NCBI GenBank assembly: GCA_003220315.1
Contig: QHSA01000160.1
Coordinates: forward strand, 1-61,244
Length of the DNA stretch: 61,244 bases
Direction: 5' to 3'
DNA from: Candidatus Rokuibacteriota bacterium
GTDB taxonomy: Bacteria > Methylomirabilota > Methylomirabilia > Rokubacteriales > CSP1-6
Shown: piece after piece, positions 22,085-31,309 of the stretch
Position numbering within the stretch: the first letter of the stretch is position 1
How the letters are laid out: each line of letters opens with the position of its first letter
Notes under the pieces: model-generated
What the model was told of the DNA's origin: nothing
The model's input: only the letters and a program-made list of their open reading frames with translations
Database searches by the model: none
Made by a program: the position numbers and the translations under genes

Positions 22085-23023
22085 ATGGGGACGACGCGCA
22101 AGGTCATCGTCATCGGCTCCGGGCCGGCGGGCTATACGGCGGCCATCTACGCGGCCCGCGCGAACCTCGCGCCGCTCATGCTCACGGGGGTGCAGCCGGG
22201 CGGCCAGCTCATGCTCACGACGCTGGTCGAGAACTACCCGGGATTCGTGGAGGGGATCCAGGGACCCGAGCTGATGGAGACGATGAAGCGGCAGGCGGAG
22301 CACTTCGGGACCGAGATGATCGCCGAGGATGTCACCGCCGTCGACTTCTCCCGCCGGCCCTTCGTCGTGCAGGCCGGCGACGCCACCTGGGAGGGCCACA
22401 CGATCATCATCGCCACCGGCGCGACGGCGAAGCTCCTGGGGCTCCCCGCCGAGACGAAGCTCATGGGGCGCGGCATCTCGACGTGCGCCACGTGCGACGG
22501 CTTCTTCTTCAAGGACCAGAACATCATGGTGGTCGGTGGCGGCGACTCGGCCATGGAGGAGGCGCTCTACCTCTCGCGGCTCGGCAAGAAGGTCGACGTG
22601 GTCCACCGCCGCGACACGCTGCGCGCCTCCAAGATCATGCAGGAGCGGGCGTTCAAGAACCCGAAGATCGAGTTCGTCTGGGACAGCGCCGTGGACGACG
22701 TCATGGACGTCGAGAAGGGCAAGGTCACCGCGGTGCGCCTGAGGCACCTGAAAACCGGACAGCTCTCTGAGCATCAGGTGGACGGCGTCTTTATAGCGAT
22801 CGGCCACGAGCCGAACACCCAGATCTTCCGCGGCCAGATCGAGCTCCTGCCGAACGGTTACATCAAGGTGAAGCCCGGGACGACCGGGACGAGCGTGCCG
22901 GGCGTCTTCGCGGCGGGCGACGTCCAGGACCACGTCTACCGCCAGGCGGTGACGGCCGCGGGGACGGGCTGCATGGCTGCGCTCGAGGCCGAGCGGTACC
23001 TCGAAGCGACCCAGCCGCACTAG
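22085..23023 (+). CDS. trxB: Thioredoxin reductase
   Basis: GSGPAG, CATCDG, GGGDSAMEEA, FAAGDV..YRQA. Confidence 0.96.
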   Translation: MGTTRKVIVIGSGPAGYTAAIYAARANLAPLMLTGVQPGGQLMLTTLVENYPGFVEGIQGPELMETMKRQAEHFGTEMIAEDVTAVDFSRRPFVVQAGDATWEGHTIIIATGATAKLLGLPAETKLMGRGISTCATCDGFFFKDQNIMVVGGGDSAMEEALYLSRLGKKVDVVHRRDTLRASKIMQERAFKNPKIEFVWDSAVDDVMDVEKGKVTAVRLRHLKTGQLSEHQVDGVFIAIGHEPNTQIFRGQIELLPNGYIKVKPGTTGTSVPGVFAAGDVQDHVYRQAVTAAGTGCMAALEAERYLEATQPH

Positions 23024-23039
23024 GGACTGATACTGCAGC

Positions 23040-23837
23040 CTAGGTACCGACGCGCAGAGACGCAGTCAGCTCGCGGAGGAGCGCGATCGTCGACATGTAA
23101 GAGAGCTTGCCGGTCCGCGGGTTCTCCGACGGGACGTTCTCGACCTCGATCGCGAGGCGGCCGAACTCCCCCACGACCGTGATCCGGTGCCGGTTCATCG
23201 TGAGCCCGGGCACCGCGTAGAGCTTGATGCGCGTCTTCTCGGGCCCGATGCCAGCGAGCGAGAGCGCGGCGAGCACGTTCACGTTGGCCGGGAACGCCCG
23301 GCAGGCCTCCGTCGCCGGGCCCTCGAAGATGAGCGTCTCCTCGGTGATCCGGTCGAGGTCGATCCTCTGCGCCTCGATCCACGGCGCGCCGCTGAGCCCG
23401 CGCGGGGGCTTCCGCGTCTCCATCGTCACCGACGAGATCGTGCCCACCTGCGCGCCCTTGACGCCGTCGAGCCCGGCGATCGCCGCGGAGGGAACGAGGA
23501 TGCGACAGCGGTTGGCCTGGGCGAGCTTCACCCAGTCCTGACGGCCGAGCAGCCCCCCGCACGAGAGGACGACCAGGTCCCGGCCGGCCTTGAGGGTCTT
23601 GGGCGCGATCTCCTCGAGGTGCGCCTGGGTGGACGCCTCGACGACGAGGCCGGAGGCGTCGATCAGGTCGTCGAGCGAGAGGAACGGGGCGGGGGAGCGG
23701 AGCCCTTTGAGGAACCGCTCGGCCTTCTCCCGGTCGCGCGCCGTCGCCCCGGAGAGCCTGAGACCCGGAATGCCCTCGTCGAGAGCGCGGCAAACCGCAC
23801 GCCCGATCGCGCCGAGGCCGACGACACCGACGTTCAT
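23040..23837 (-). CDS. nadX: L-aspartate dehydrogenase-family protein
   Basis: GLGAIG, AIAGLD, FEGPA.EA...FPANVNV, ENPRT. Confidence 0.82.
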   Translation of the reverse strand: MNVGVVGLGAIGRAVCRALDEGIPGLRLSGATARDREKAERFLKGLRSPAPFLSLDDLIDASGLVVEASTQAHLEEIAPKTLKAGRDLVVLSCGGLLGRQDWVKLAQANRCRILVPSAAIAGLDGVKGAQVGTISSVTMETRKPPRGLSGAPWIEAQRIDLDRITEETLIFEGPATEACRAFPANVNVLAALSLAGIGPEKTRIKLYAVPGLTMNRHRITVVGEFGRLAIEVENVPSENPRTGKLSYMSTIALLRELTASLRVGT

Positions 23838-23873
23838 GGGTGAGGGCATGGTATCATGCCCGCAGGCGGCGGA

Positions 23874-24749
23874 ATGACGTCAGCGCGCACGCTCAGGGAG
23901 CCGCTCGAGCACTTCTATCGCGAGTTCGACTACACCGCGCGGGTCGAATTCGACGCCATCCGGTTTCCTCTCCGCTACCCCGATCCGCGCGATCGCGAGC
24001 TCGTCGGGCTCCTCGCCGCGTGTCTCGCGTACGGCCGCGTGGATCTCTTCGGGCGCCAGCTCGACGGAGTCCTCGCGGTGATGGGCCCGTCGCCCGCCGC
24101 GTTTGTCGTGGGCTTCGATCCGCGGCGTGACGCACGGGCGTTCGAGAGCTTCTGGTACCGCTTCAACCGGCCGCGGGACCTCGTCGCATTCTGCGTGGCG
24201 GCGCGCGACCAGCTCGGGCGCTACGGCACACTCGAAAAGTTGTTCCTCGCGGGAGATCCCGACCCCGCCGGGCCGATCGGGCCGGCGCTCGAGCGCTTCG
24301 CCCGGAGCTTCCTCGAGGCCGATCTGCGCGAGGTCTTTCCGCGTGGGCGCCGCTCGCGCGGGTACCGGCACCTGTTCCCGCTGCCCTCGGCGGGCGGCCC
24401 GTGCAAGCGCCTGCACCTGTTCCTGCGCTGGATGGTCCGCCGCGAGCCGCCCGACTTCGGCCTGTGGACGGCGGTCGCGCCGGCGCGGCTCTTGATCCCG
24501 GTGGACACCCACGTCGAGAACATCGCGCGGTCCATCGGCCTCACGCGGCGGAAGTCGCGCACCTGGCGCATGGCCGAGGAGATCACGCGCCGGCTCGCCG
24601 CGATCGACCCCGAGGACCCCGTGAAGTACGACTTCGCGCTCTGCCACAAGCGGATGTCGGGCGACTGCCGTGATCGTCGCGACGCGGTCGTCTGCGCGCC
24701 CTGCGGCTTCAAGCCCATCTGCCGCCACTGGAAAGGCCGGAGGGCGTGA
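23874..24749 (+). CDS. TIGR02757 (DUF2400) family protein
   Basis: LAYG, CKRLHLFLRWMVR..PPDFGLW, PVDTHV, DPEDPVKYDFAL. Confidence 0.88.
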   Translation: MTSARTLREPLEHFYREFDYTARVEFDAIRFPLRYPDPRDRELVGLLAACLAYGRVDLFGRQLDGVLAVMGPSPAAFVVGFDPRRDARAFESFWYRFNRPRDLVAFCVAARDQLGRYGTLEKLFLAGDPDPAGPIGPALERFARSFLEADLREVFPRGRRSRGYRHLFPLPSAGGPCKRLHLFLRWMVRREPPDFGLWTAVAPARLLIPVDTHVENIARSIGLTRRKSRTWRMAEEITRRLAAIDPEDPVKYDFALCHKRMSGDCRDRRDAVVCAPCGFKPICRHWKGRRA

Positions 24750-25861
24750 CCGAGGCCCTGGCCGCCGTCGCCGGGGCGCTTCTCGTCGCCCTCGTCTTCG
24801 TGGCGTGGATGCTGCTCCGCCAGATCGAGGGCGCGAGAAGCCAGGCGCACGAAGGACAGGAGTCCGTGAGGAAGGAGGTCGGCGACCTCGCGCGTCGCGT
24901 GAAGGACGAGGTGGGTGGCCTCCAGCAGCGCGTGGCGACCGAGCTCAAGGGCGTCAGCGCGGAAGTGAGCCGCCAGCTCCAGGAGGGCATGAGGCTGATC
25001 CAGTCGGCGCAGGCGACCATGGGCGACCGCCTCGACAGCGCCGCGAGGGTCGTGGGGGAGGTGCAGGGGAGCCTCGGGAAGCTCGGCGAGGCGACCCAGC
25101 GGGTCGTCGAGGTCGGCAAGGAGATCCAGGGCCTCGAGCAGATTCTCAAATCGCCGAAGGTCAGGGGTGGACTGGGCGAGACGCTGCTGGGCGAGCTCCT
25201 GGCGCAGATGCTCCCGCGCGAGCACTACGAGCTGCAGTGCTTGTTCAAGAGCGGCGAGAAGGTGGACGCCGCGATCCGCCTCGCCGGGCGGCTGGTGCCC
25301 GTGGATGCCAAGTTCCCGCTCGAGAACTTCCGCCGGATGCTCGCCGAGCCCGAGGAGGAGCGGCACCGGCTTCTGCGGAAGCAGTTCGCCCGGGACGTGA
25401 AGACACGGATCGACGAGATCGCGAAGAAGTACATCCTGCCGGACGAGGGCACCTTCGACTTCGCGCTCATGTACGTCCCGGCGGAGAACGTCTATTACGA
25501 GATCATCATCAAGGATGAGGCGGACGCGGACGACGAGGCCATCGCCACCTACGCGCTGTCCCGCCGCGTCGTGCCCGTGTCCCCGAACAGCTTTTACGCC
25601 TATCTTCAAGTGATCATCCTGGGCCTGAGCGGGCTCAGGATCGAGGCGCACGCGCGGGAGATCCAGAACGATCTCGCCCGGCTCTCCGGCGATCTGGACA
25701 AGGTGCGCGAGCCGATCCGGACGCTCGGCAAGCACCTCGGCAACGCGCAGAGTCAGTTCACCGACGCCGAGCGGGCGCTCGAACGATTCGGCGCCAAGCT
25801 CGAGGCGATCGAGCGGAAGGGGGAGCAGGCGGCGCTCCCCGAGGGAGGCGACGCGCCATGA
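24746..25861 (+). CDS. rmuC: DNA recombination protein RmuC
   Basis: N-terminal TM plus coiled coil, RGGLGE, VDAKFPLE, KYI.P..GTFDFALMYVPAE. Confidence 0.9.
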   Translation: MTEALAAVAGALLVALVFVAWMLLRQIEGARSQAHEGQESVRKEVGDLARRVKDEVGGLQQRVATELKGVSAEVSRQLQEGMRLIQSAQATMGDRLDSAARVVGEVQGSLGKLGEATQRVVEVGKEIQGLEQILKSPKVRGGLGETLLGELLAQMLPREHYELQCLFKSGEKVDAAIRLAGRLVPVDAKFPLENFRRMLAEPEEERHRLLRKQFARDVKTRIDEIAKKYILPDEGTFDFALMYVPAENVYYEIIIKDEADADDEAIATYALSRRVVPVSPNSFYAYLQVIILGLSGLRIEAHAREIQNDLARLSGDLDKVREPIRTLGKHLGNAQSQFTDAERALERFGAKLEAIERKGEQAALPEGGDAP

Positions 25862-27600
25862 CCCTCACCGCGGTCGACTGGACGGTCATCGTGCTCTACT
25901 TCGTCCTGTCCGTCGCGATCGCGCTCCTCTACTCGCGGCGCGCCGGCGCCTCGGCCGACGAGTACTTCCTCTCGGGCCGCGCGGTCCCCTGGTGGCTCGC
26001 GGGGACCTCGATGGTCGCGACTACGTTCGCCGCCGACACGCCACTCGCCGTGACGGGGCTCACCGTCAAGTACGGGATCGCGGGGAACTGGCTCTGGTGG
26101 TGCATGGTGATGAGCGGCATGCTCACCGTCGTGTTCTACGCGCGCCTCTGGCGCCGCGCGGGGGTGATGACCGACGCGGAGTTCGCCGAGATCCGCTACT
26201 CGGGCCGACCCGCGGCGTTCCTGCGCGGCTTCCGGGCCTGTTACCTCGCGCTCGCGATCAACTCGATCATCATCGGCTGGGTCACCGCCGCCATGGCGAA
26301 GATCGTCGGAATGACCCTCGGCGTCGGGAAGTGGCAGGCGACGCTCGGCCTCTTCGTCCTCACCGCGCTCTACTCGACGCTCTCCGGGCTCTGGGGTGTC
26401 CTCGTCACCGACTTCTTCCAGTTCGTCCTGGCCATGCTGGGCTGCATCGCGCTCGCCGTCTTCGCCCTCGGCGCCGTGGGCGGGATGGCGGGGCTCCTCG
26501 ATGCGCTCCAGACGCGCTTCCCCGACGGCGCACCGCTCCGCGTGATCCCGGCGCTCGACTCGGCGTGGATGCCGGCGCTCACGTTCTTCGTCTACCTCGC
26601 GGTCAACTGGTGGGCCTCCTGGTACCCGGGCGCCGAGCCGGGGGGCGGCGGGTATGTCGCCCAGCGGATCCTCTCGACGAAGAACGAGCGCCACGCGCTC
26701 CTCGCGGCGCTCTGGTTCAACATCGCGCACTACGCGCTCCGGCCGTGGCCCTGGATCGTCGTCGCCCTCGTCTCGATGGTGCTCTATCCGGGGCTCGCCG
26801 ATCCCGAGTCGGGCTACGTGAAGGTCATGGTGGACCTGCTCCCGCCGTTCTGGCGCGGCTTCCTGATCGCCGCGTTCTTCGCCGCGTACATGTCCACGAT
26901 CTCGACGCAATTGAACTGGGGAGCGTCGTACCTCGTCAACGACGTCTATCGCCGCTTTTGGGCCGTGGGCCGGAGCGAGCGCCACTACGCCGCGGCGGGA
27001 CGCGTGGCGACACTCGTCATGATGGTGATCTCCGGCGTCGTCACGCTCAACATCAGCACCGTGGAGGGGGCGTGGAAGTTCCTCCTGGCGATCGGCGCCG
27101 GCACGGGGCTCGTCTACCTCTTGCGCTGGTATTGGTGGCGGGTGAACGCGTGGTCGGAGGTGAGCGCGATGGCGGCGGCGCTCGTCTTCTCGCTCGTCGC
27201 CCAGTGGGGCTTCGGCCTCTCCCCCGACGACCCGCGCGGCTTCGCGCAGCTGCTCCTCGTGACGACGGCGCTCACGACGATCGTCTGGCTGGCGGTCACG
27301 TACCTGACGCCCGCCGAGCGGCCCGACCACTTGCGCGCGTTCCACCGACGCGTCCGTGCGGGCGGGCCGGGCTGGCGCGCCGTCGCCCCCGACACCGCCG
27401 GCGAGACCGCGCTCGGCGCCGGGCTCGTCCAGTGGCTCCTCGGCTGTGCCGTCGTCTACCTCGCGCTCTTCGGGATCGGCGGCCTCGTGCTCGGGCAGCG
27501 CGGGAAGGGCGCGATGGCCGTCATCGCGTCGGCGATCCTCACGTGGTACCTCGTCAGTGCCACGCGCCCCGCGGTCCGGACGGAAACGAGCGTGGTATAG
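25858..27600 (+). CDS. Sodium:solute symporter
   Basis: EYFLSGR, SMVATTFAADTP, QRILS.K, AAYMST; many TM helices. Confidence 0.9.
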   Translation: MTLTAVDWTVIVLYFVLSVAIALLYSRRAGASADEYFLSGRAVPWWLAGTSMVATTFAADTPLAVTGLTVKYGIAGNWLWWCMVMSGMLTVVFYARLWRRAGVMTDAEFAEIRYSGRPAAFLRGFRACYLALAINSIIIGWVTAAMAKIVGMTLGVGKWQATLGLFVLTALYSTLSGLWGVLVTDFFQFVLAMLGCIALAVFALGAVGGMAGLLDALQTRFPDGAPLRVIPALDSAWMPALTFFVYLAVNWWASWYPGAEPGGGGYVAQRILSTKNERHALLAALWFNIAHYALRPWPWIVVALVSMVLYPGLADPESGYVKVMVDLLPPFWRGFLIAAFFAAYMSTISTQLNWGASYLVNDVYRRFWAVGRSERHYAAAGRVATLVMMVISGVVTLNISTVEGAWKFLLAIGAGTGLVYLLRWYWWRVNAWSEVSAMAAALVFSLVAQWGFGLSPDDPRGFAQLLLVTTALTTIVWLAVTYLTPAERPDHLRAFHRRVRAGGPGWRAVAPDTAGETALGAGLVQWLLGCAVVYLALFGIGGLVLGQRGKGAMAVIASAILTWYLVSATRPAVRTETSVV

Positions 27601-27607
27601 TGAGCCG

Positions 27608-27910
27608 ATGACGCCCATCCCCATCCAGGTCTACGGCATCAATCTCCTGGTGAAGCTCATGTCCGAAGGGCCCGCGGACGTCCGCATCCACTGCCCCAAG
27701 GGGTCGCCGATTCGCTACGGAGAGGTCGTCGCCCGCGGGGACGGCTTCGACGAGGGCGCGAATGCCTTCCGGGAAATGCCCGATCTCAAGGCGGTCGTGG
27801 CCTTCGAGGAGTCGGCCGAAGAAGTCGAGGGCCACTACTTCTACATCGCGGGTGAAGAGTACCGCGTCATCCGGCTGGACTCGGTCATCCTCTCGTACCC
27901 GCACGAGTAG
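27608..27910 (+). CDS. Divergent GroES/Cpn10-like small protein
   Basis: G..LLVK, GEVVARGDG, GEEYRVIRLDSVI echo the GroES pattern; 100 aa; extended -10 TGgTATAGT just upstream. Confidence 0.55.
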   Translation: MTPIPIQVYGINLLVKLMSEGPADVRIHCPKGSPIRYGEVVARGDGFDEGANAFREMPDLKAVVAFEESAEEVEGHYFYIAGEEYRVIRLDSVILSYPHE

Positions 27911-27916
27911 CCCTCC

Positions 27917-29152
27917 GTGGCCCGGCGCCGCGCCGCGGCGATCGATGCCGCGCTCTCCTCGATCGATGACGCTGAGCTGATCGCCCTCACGCGCGACCTC
28001 GTGCGGATCCCGAGCGTGTTCCGGCCGGGGGATTCGACTGCGACCGAGGCCGAGGTGGCGCGCTACATCGAGCGCTGGCTCGGAAAGCAGGGGTTCAGCG
28101 TCGAGGTCCACGAGGTCGCGCCCGGACGGCCCAACGTGGTCGCCTGGCTCGGCGACCGCGACGGGGGCCCAAGCCTCCTGCTCGAGGGCCACACCGACGT
28201 CGTCACCGAGGGCGATCCGCGCGAGTGGACGCACCCGCCGTTCGGCGCCGAGCTGGTCGACGGTAGGATCTACGGGCGCGGGGCCGCCGACATGAAGAGC
28301 GGCCTCGCCGCCGCGATGATCGCCGGGGCGGCGATCAAGCGAAGCGGCGCGGAGCTCCACGGACGTCTCGTCGTCGGCGCGCTCGCCGACGAGGAGGGCG
28401 ACATGCTCGGGGCGCGCCACCTCTGCACGACGCCGCTCGGGCGCGAGCTTTCCGCGGCGATCATCTGCGAGCCGGAGCAGAACGAGGTTTGCCTCGAGCA
28501 GCGCGGTGTCGTCTGGGCGCGCGTCCTGGTCCGCGGGCGGATGGCCCACGGCGCGATGCCCGAGGCGGGGGCGAACCCGATCTCCGCCATCGGCGCGCTC
28601 CTCGCCGAGGTTCCGGCGCTCGAGAAGCGCCTCCGGCGCCTCTCGGAGAAGAGCCGGTACCTCAAGCCGCCGACCGTGACTCCGACGATCGTGCAATCTC
28701 CGGCGCAGGGGATCGGGCAGTCGAACGTGATCCCGTCGAGCGCTCGGTTGACGCTCGACGTGCGCCTGACGCCCGGGCCCGACGGGAGCGCCGTCGCCCG
28801 TGAGATCGACGCCGCCTGCCAGCGCGCGATGGCGCGCCGCCCCGGGGTGACGATCGAGTGGGCGCCCGTCAACGGCTTCAGACTCGCGACGCGGGTCGAG
28901 CGGGGCGAGCCGCTCGTGCGGGCGGTCGTGTCCGCCGTGCGCCGGGTCACGGGCCGGCCGGCACGCTTCAGCGGAGTGCCGGGCTCGACCGACGGCACCA
29001 TCCTCCGGACGACGCTCGGCATTCCGATCGTCACCCTTGGTCCCGGCAACCGGCTGATCCCCCACCAGGTCGACGAGCACGTCGAGGTGTCGGAACTCAC
29101 CGAGGCGGCGCGGATTTACACCGCCGCGGCTCTCAATTTCCTCCAACCGTGA
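27917..29152 (+). CDS. M20-family metallopeptidase/deacylase (ArgE/DapE-like)
   Basis: EGHTDVV, GRGAADMK, DEE, CEP, AHGAMP, PHQVDE. Confidence 0.9.
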   Translation: MARRRAAAIDAALSSIDDAELIALTRDLVRIPSVFRPGDSTATEAEVARYIERWLGKQGFSVEVHEVAPGRPNVVAWLGDRDGGPSLLLEGHTDVVTEGDPREWTHPPFGAELVDGRIYGRGAADMKSGLAAAMIAGAAIKRSGAELHGRLVVGALADEEGDMLGARHLCTTPLGRELSAAIICEPEQNEVCLEQRGVVWARVLVRGRMAHGAMPEAGANPISAIGALLAEVPALEKRLRRLSEKSRYLKPPTVTPTIVQSPAQGIGQSNVIPSSARLTLDVRLTPGPDGSAVAREIDAACQRAMARRPGVTIEWAPVNGFRLATRVERGEPLVRAVVSAVRRVTGRPARFSGVPGSTDGTILRTTLGIPIVTLGPGNRLIPHQVDEHVEVSELTEAARIYTAAALNFLQP

Positions 29153-30384
29153 CCGATTTCGCTCCGCGTCTCCGTCCGCTCGAGGCCTTTCCCGTCCAGC
29201 ACGAGGGCCGCCGGGTCCTCGCCCTCCGCGATCCCGCCGGATACACCGACGCGATCGTGCTACTGCCGCGAGTCCTTCTTGAGATCGTGTCGCTCTTCGA
29301 CGGCGAGCACTCGATCGCCGACATTCAGGCTGCGATCATGCGGCAGCACGGGGAGCTCGTCTCGCGCGAGCGGATCACCGAGATCGCCGACGCCCTCGAC
29401 GAGCAGGGCTTCCTCGACAGTCCGCATTTCGCGGAGCGCCGGGCCGCGATCGATCACGCGTTCCTCGAGGCCCCGACGCGCCCGGCCGCCCACGGCGGCG
29501 GCGCCTATCCGCTGGATCCCTCCGAGATCCACGCGTTCTTCGACGGCTTCTTCGCGCCGCCCGAGGGTCCCGGACCCGTCGACGGCAGCGGGGCCGGCCG
29601 GCCCCGTGTCGCCGGGATCATCGCGCCGCACATCGACTTCCACCGCGGGCGGTCCGCCTACGCCTGGGCGTACCGCGACCTCGCCGAGCGGAGCGACGCC
29701 GACCTGTTCGTCATCTTCGGCACCAGCCATACCGGCATGGCGCATCCGTTCGCGTTGACGCTGAAGGCCTACGAAAGCCCCCTCGGGCAGGTTCCCGTCG
29801 ATCGCGAGTTCACGAACGCGCTCGCGAAGCGGGCGCGACAGGACTGCTTCGGCTCGGAGGGGGCCCACCGGAAAGAGCACTCCATCGAGTTCCAGGCGGT
29901 CTTCCTGCGCTACCTCTTCGCCGGCCGGCGAGAGATCGCGATCGTCCCGATCCTCGCGAGCTTCGCCCACGAGGCGCTCGTCGGCGGCCGACGGGTGGAC
30001 GATGACCCGAGGATCCCGCGTCTCCTCGAGGCGCTCGGCGAGACGATCGCGGCGAGCGGGCGCCGGGTGGCCCTGATCGCCGGCGCCGACCTCGCTCACG
30101 TCGGCCCGCGCTTCGGCGATCCCGAGCCGGTGTCGCCGGCCGAGCTGGCCAGGCTCGGCGGGGAGGACCGGGCGATGCTCGAGGCGGTCGAGGCGGGCGA
30201 CGCCGAGGCCTTCTTCGACCGGGTCGCCCGCGACGGCGACCGCCGCCGGATCTGCGGGCTCTCGCCGATCTACGCGCTGCTCCGCGCGCTCGGGGGCACC
30301 CGGGGCACGCTCCGGCGATACGCGCAGTGGCCGGATCCAGAGGGCGTCGTGACCTTCGCCAGCGTCGTCTTCGACGCGACGTGA
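29149..30384 (+). CDS. MEMO1-family protein (AmmeMemoRadiSam B) with N-terminal winged-helix extension
   Basis: RPAAHGG.YP, IAPHID, GTSH, EHSIEFQ, ADLAHVG, ICG..P; GTG start at 29149. Confidence 0.88.
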   Translation: MTDFAPRLRPLEAFPVQHEGRRVLALRDPAGYTDAIVLLPRVLLEIVSLFDGEHSIADIQAAIMRQHGELVSRERITEIADALDEQGFLDSPHFAERRAAIDHAFLEAPTRPAAHGGGAYPLDPSEIHAFFDGFFAPPEGPGPVDGSGAGRPRVAGIIAPHIDFHRGRSAYAWAYRDLAERSDADLFVIFGTSHTGMAHPFALTLKAYESPLGQVPVDREFTNALAKRARQDCFGSEGAHRKEHSIEFQAVFLRYLFAGRREIAIVPILASFAHEALVGGRRVDDDPRIPRLLEALGETIAASGRRVALIAGADLAHVGPRFGDPEPVSPAELARLGGEDRAMLEAVEAGDAEAFFDRVARDGDRRRICGLSPIYALLRALGGTRGTLRRYAQWPDPEGVVTFASVVFDAT

Positions 30385-30399
30385 ACGCCGGGTCGTGTG

Positions 30400-30846
30400 A
30401 TGGCGGTCCAGTGGGAATTACCCAAGCTCAGGGTCGACGTGAACGGCGACTGGTTCGATGACGACGTGGAAGTCACGCACCCGGGGATCCTCCTCAACCT
30501 GCGCGGGAACCTCCGGCGCGACGCGCAGGGCTACTTCATCCAGACGCGCGTCAGGATCCCTGTCGAGGTCGCGGACGTGCCCTTCGTCGTGATTCGCTTC
30601 GAGCGCGGCGCGGGCGGGTTCATCGCCTCGCTGAACGACGGGGCGCAGGAGCACGTGGAGCCGGCGACGCTCAGGATCGGGCCGGGCGACGTCCCGTACT
30701 GCGCCGTCAAGGGCGGGACGTTCGAGGCGCGCTTCAGCCGCGCCGCCGCGTTCCAGCTCCTCGGGATGGCGGACTACGACGAGCGGACGGGGCGCGGGGC
30801 GCTGCGCGACGGCGCCCGGAGCTACGAGCTCAGGAGGAGCGCGTGA
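30400..30846 (+). CDS. DUF1285-like hypothetical protein
   Basis: L.VD.NGDWF....V.H, VEVADVPFVV, EARFSRAA. Confidence 0.6.
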   Translation: MAVQWELPKLRVDVNGDWFDDDVEVTHPGILLNLRGNLRRDAQGYFIQTRVRIPVEVADVPFVVIRFERGAGGFIASLNDGAQEHVEPATLRIGPGDVPYCAVKGGTFEARFSRAAAFQLLGMADYDERTGRGALRDGARSYELRRSA

Positions 30847-31261
30847 GGCGCACGGTCGGCGGGCTCGGCGCGGCGCTGCTCCTCGGGGCGGGCGGGGTCG
30901 CGTGGTGGCTGACGGCGGGCGCCCAGCCCGCCACCGTGGACGAGATCGGCGATCAGGTTCAGACGCTCCCGCGCGGCCGGCTGCCGGTGTTCGGCGTGAC
31001 GGAGGAGGTCGCACGGCTCCGTGCACTTGCGGCTGCGCGAGTTTGGGTCACACCTCGAACCGTGCCTGCTACATCAAGGCGGAGTCGGAGGGACGGATCA
31101 CCTTCACCAGTCACGCCGCGACGTGAACCCTCTGTATGGACATCACGCGTGACGTGATGCGCCAGCGGGCCGAGGGCAAGTCGCTCTCGGAGATCCGCGC
31201 CGGCATCGACGCGGCGTACCTCCGGTTCGGGCCGCCGACACCGACTCCGCGGCCGAAATGA
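30843..31261 (+). pseudogene. PCYCGC-motif exported protein; frameshift near 31018 and in-frame UGA at 31124 (probable Sec)
   Basis: Signal/TM segment in one frame, then PCTCGC..GH.SN..CY...FTSHAAT[UGA]TLCMDI...GKSLSEIRAGIDAAY...GPPTPTP in another. Confidence 0.75.
31127..31170 (+). promoter_or_regulatory. Bacterial SECIS-like hairpin
   Basis: Stem CATCACG (31141-31147)/CGTGATG (31153-31159), loop CGTGA with G at position 2, 21 nt after the UGA. Confidence 0.55.
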
Positions 31262-31309
31262 CACGCGCTCCGGCCCAACGGCGTCGCCGTCCGTAGTATC
31301 CTCGGGCGC

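Noticed and set aside
31124-31126. UGA as evidence of a reassigned genetic code
   Set aside because: Many conserved genes here end properly at TGA and Trp is encoded by TGG
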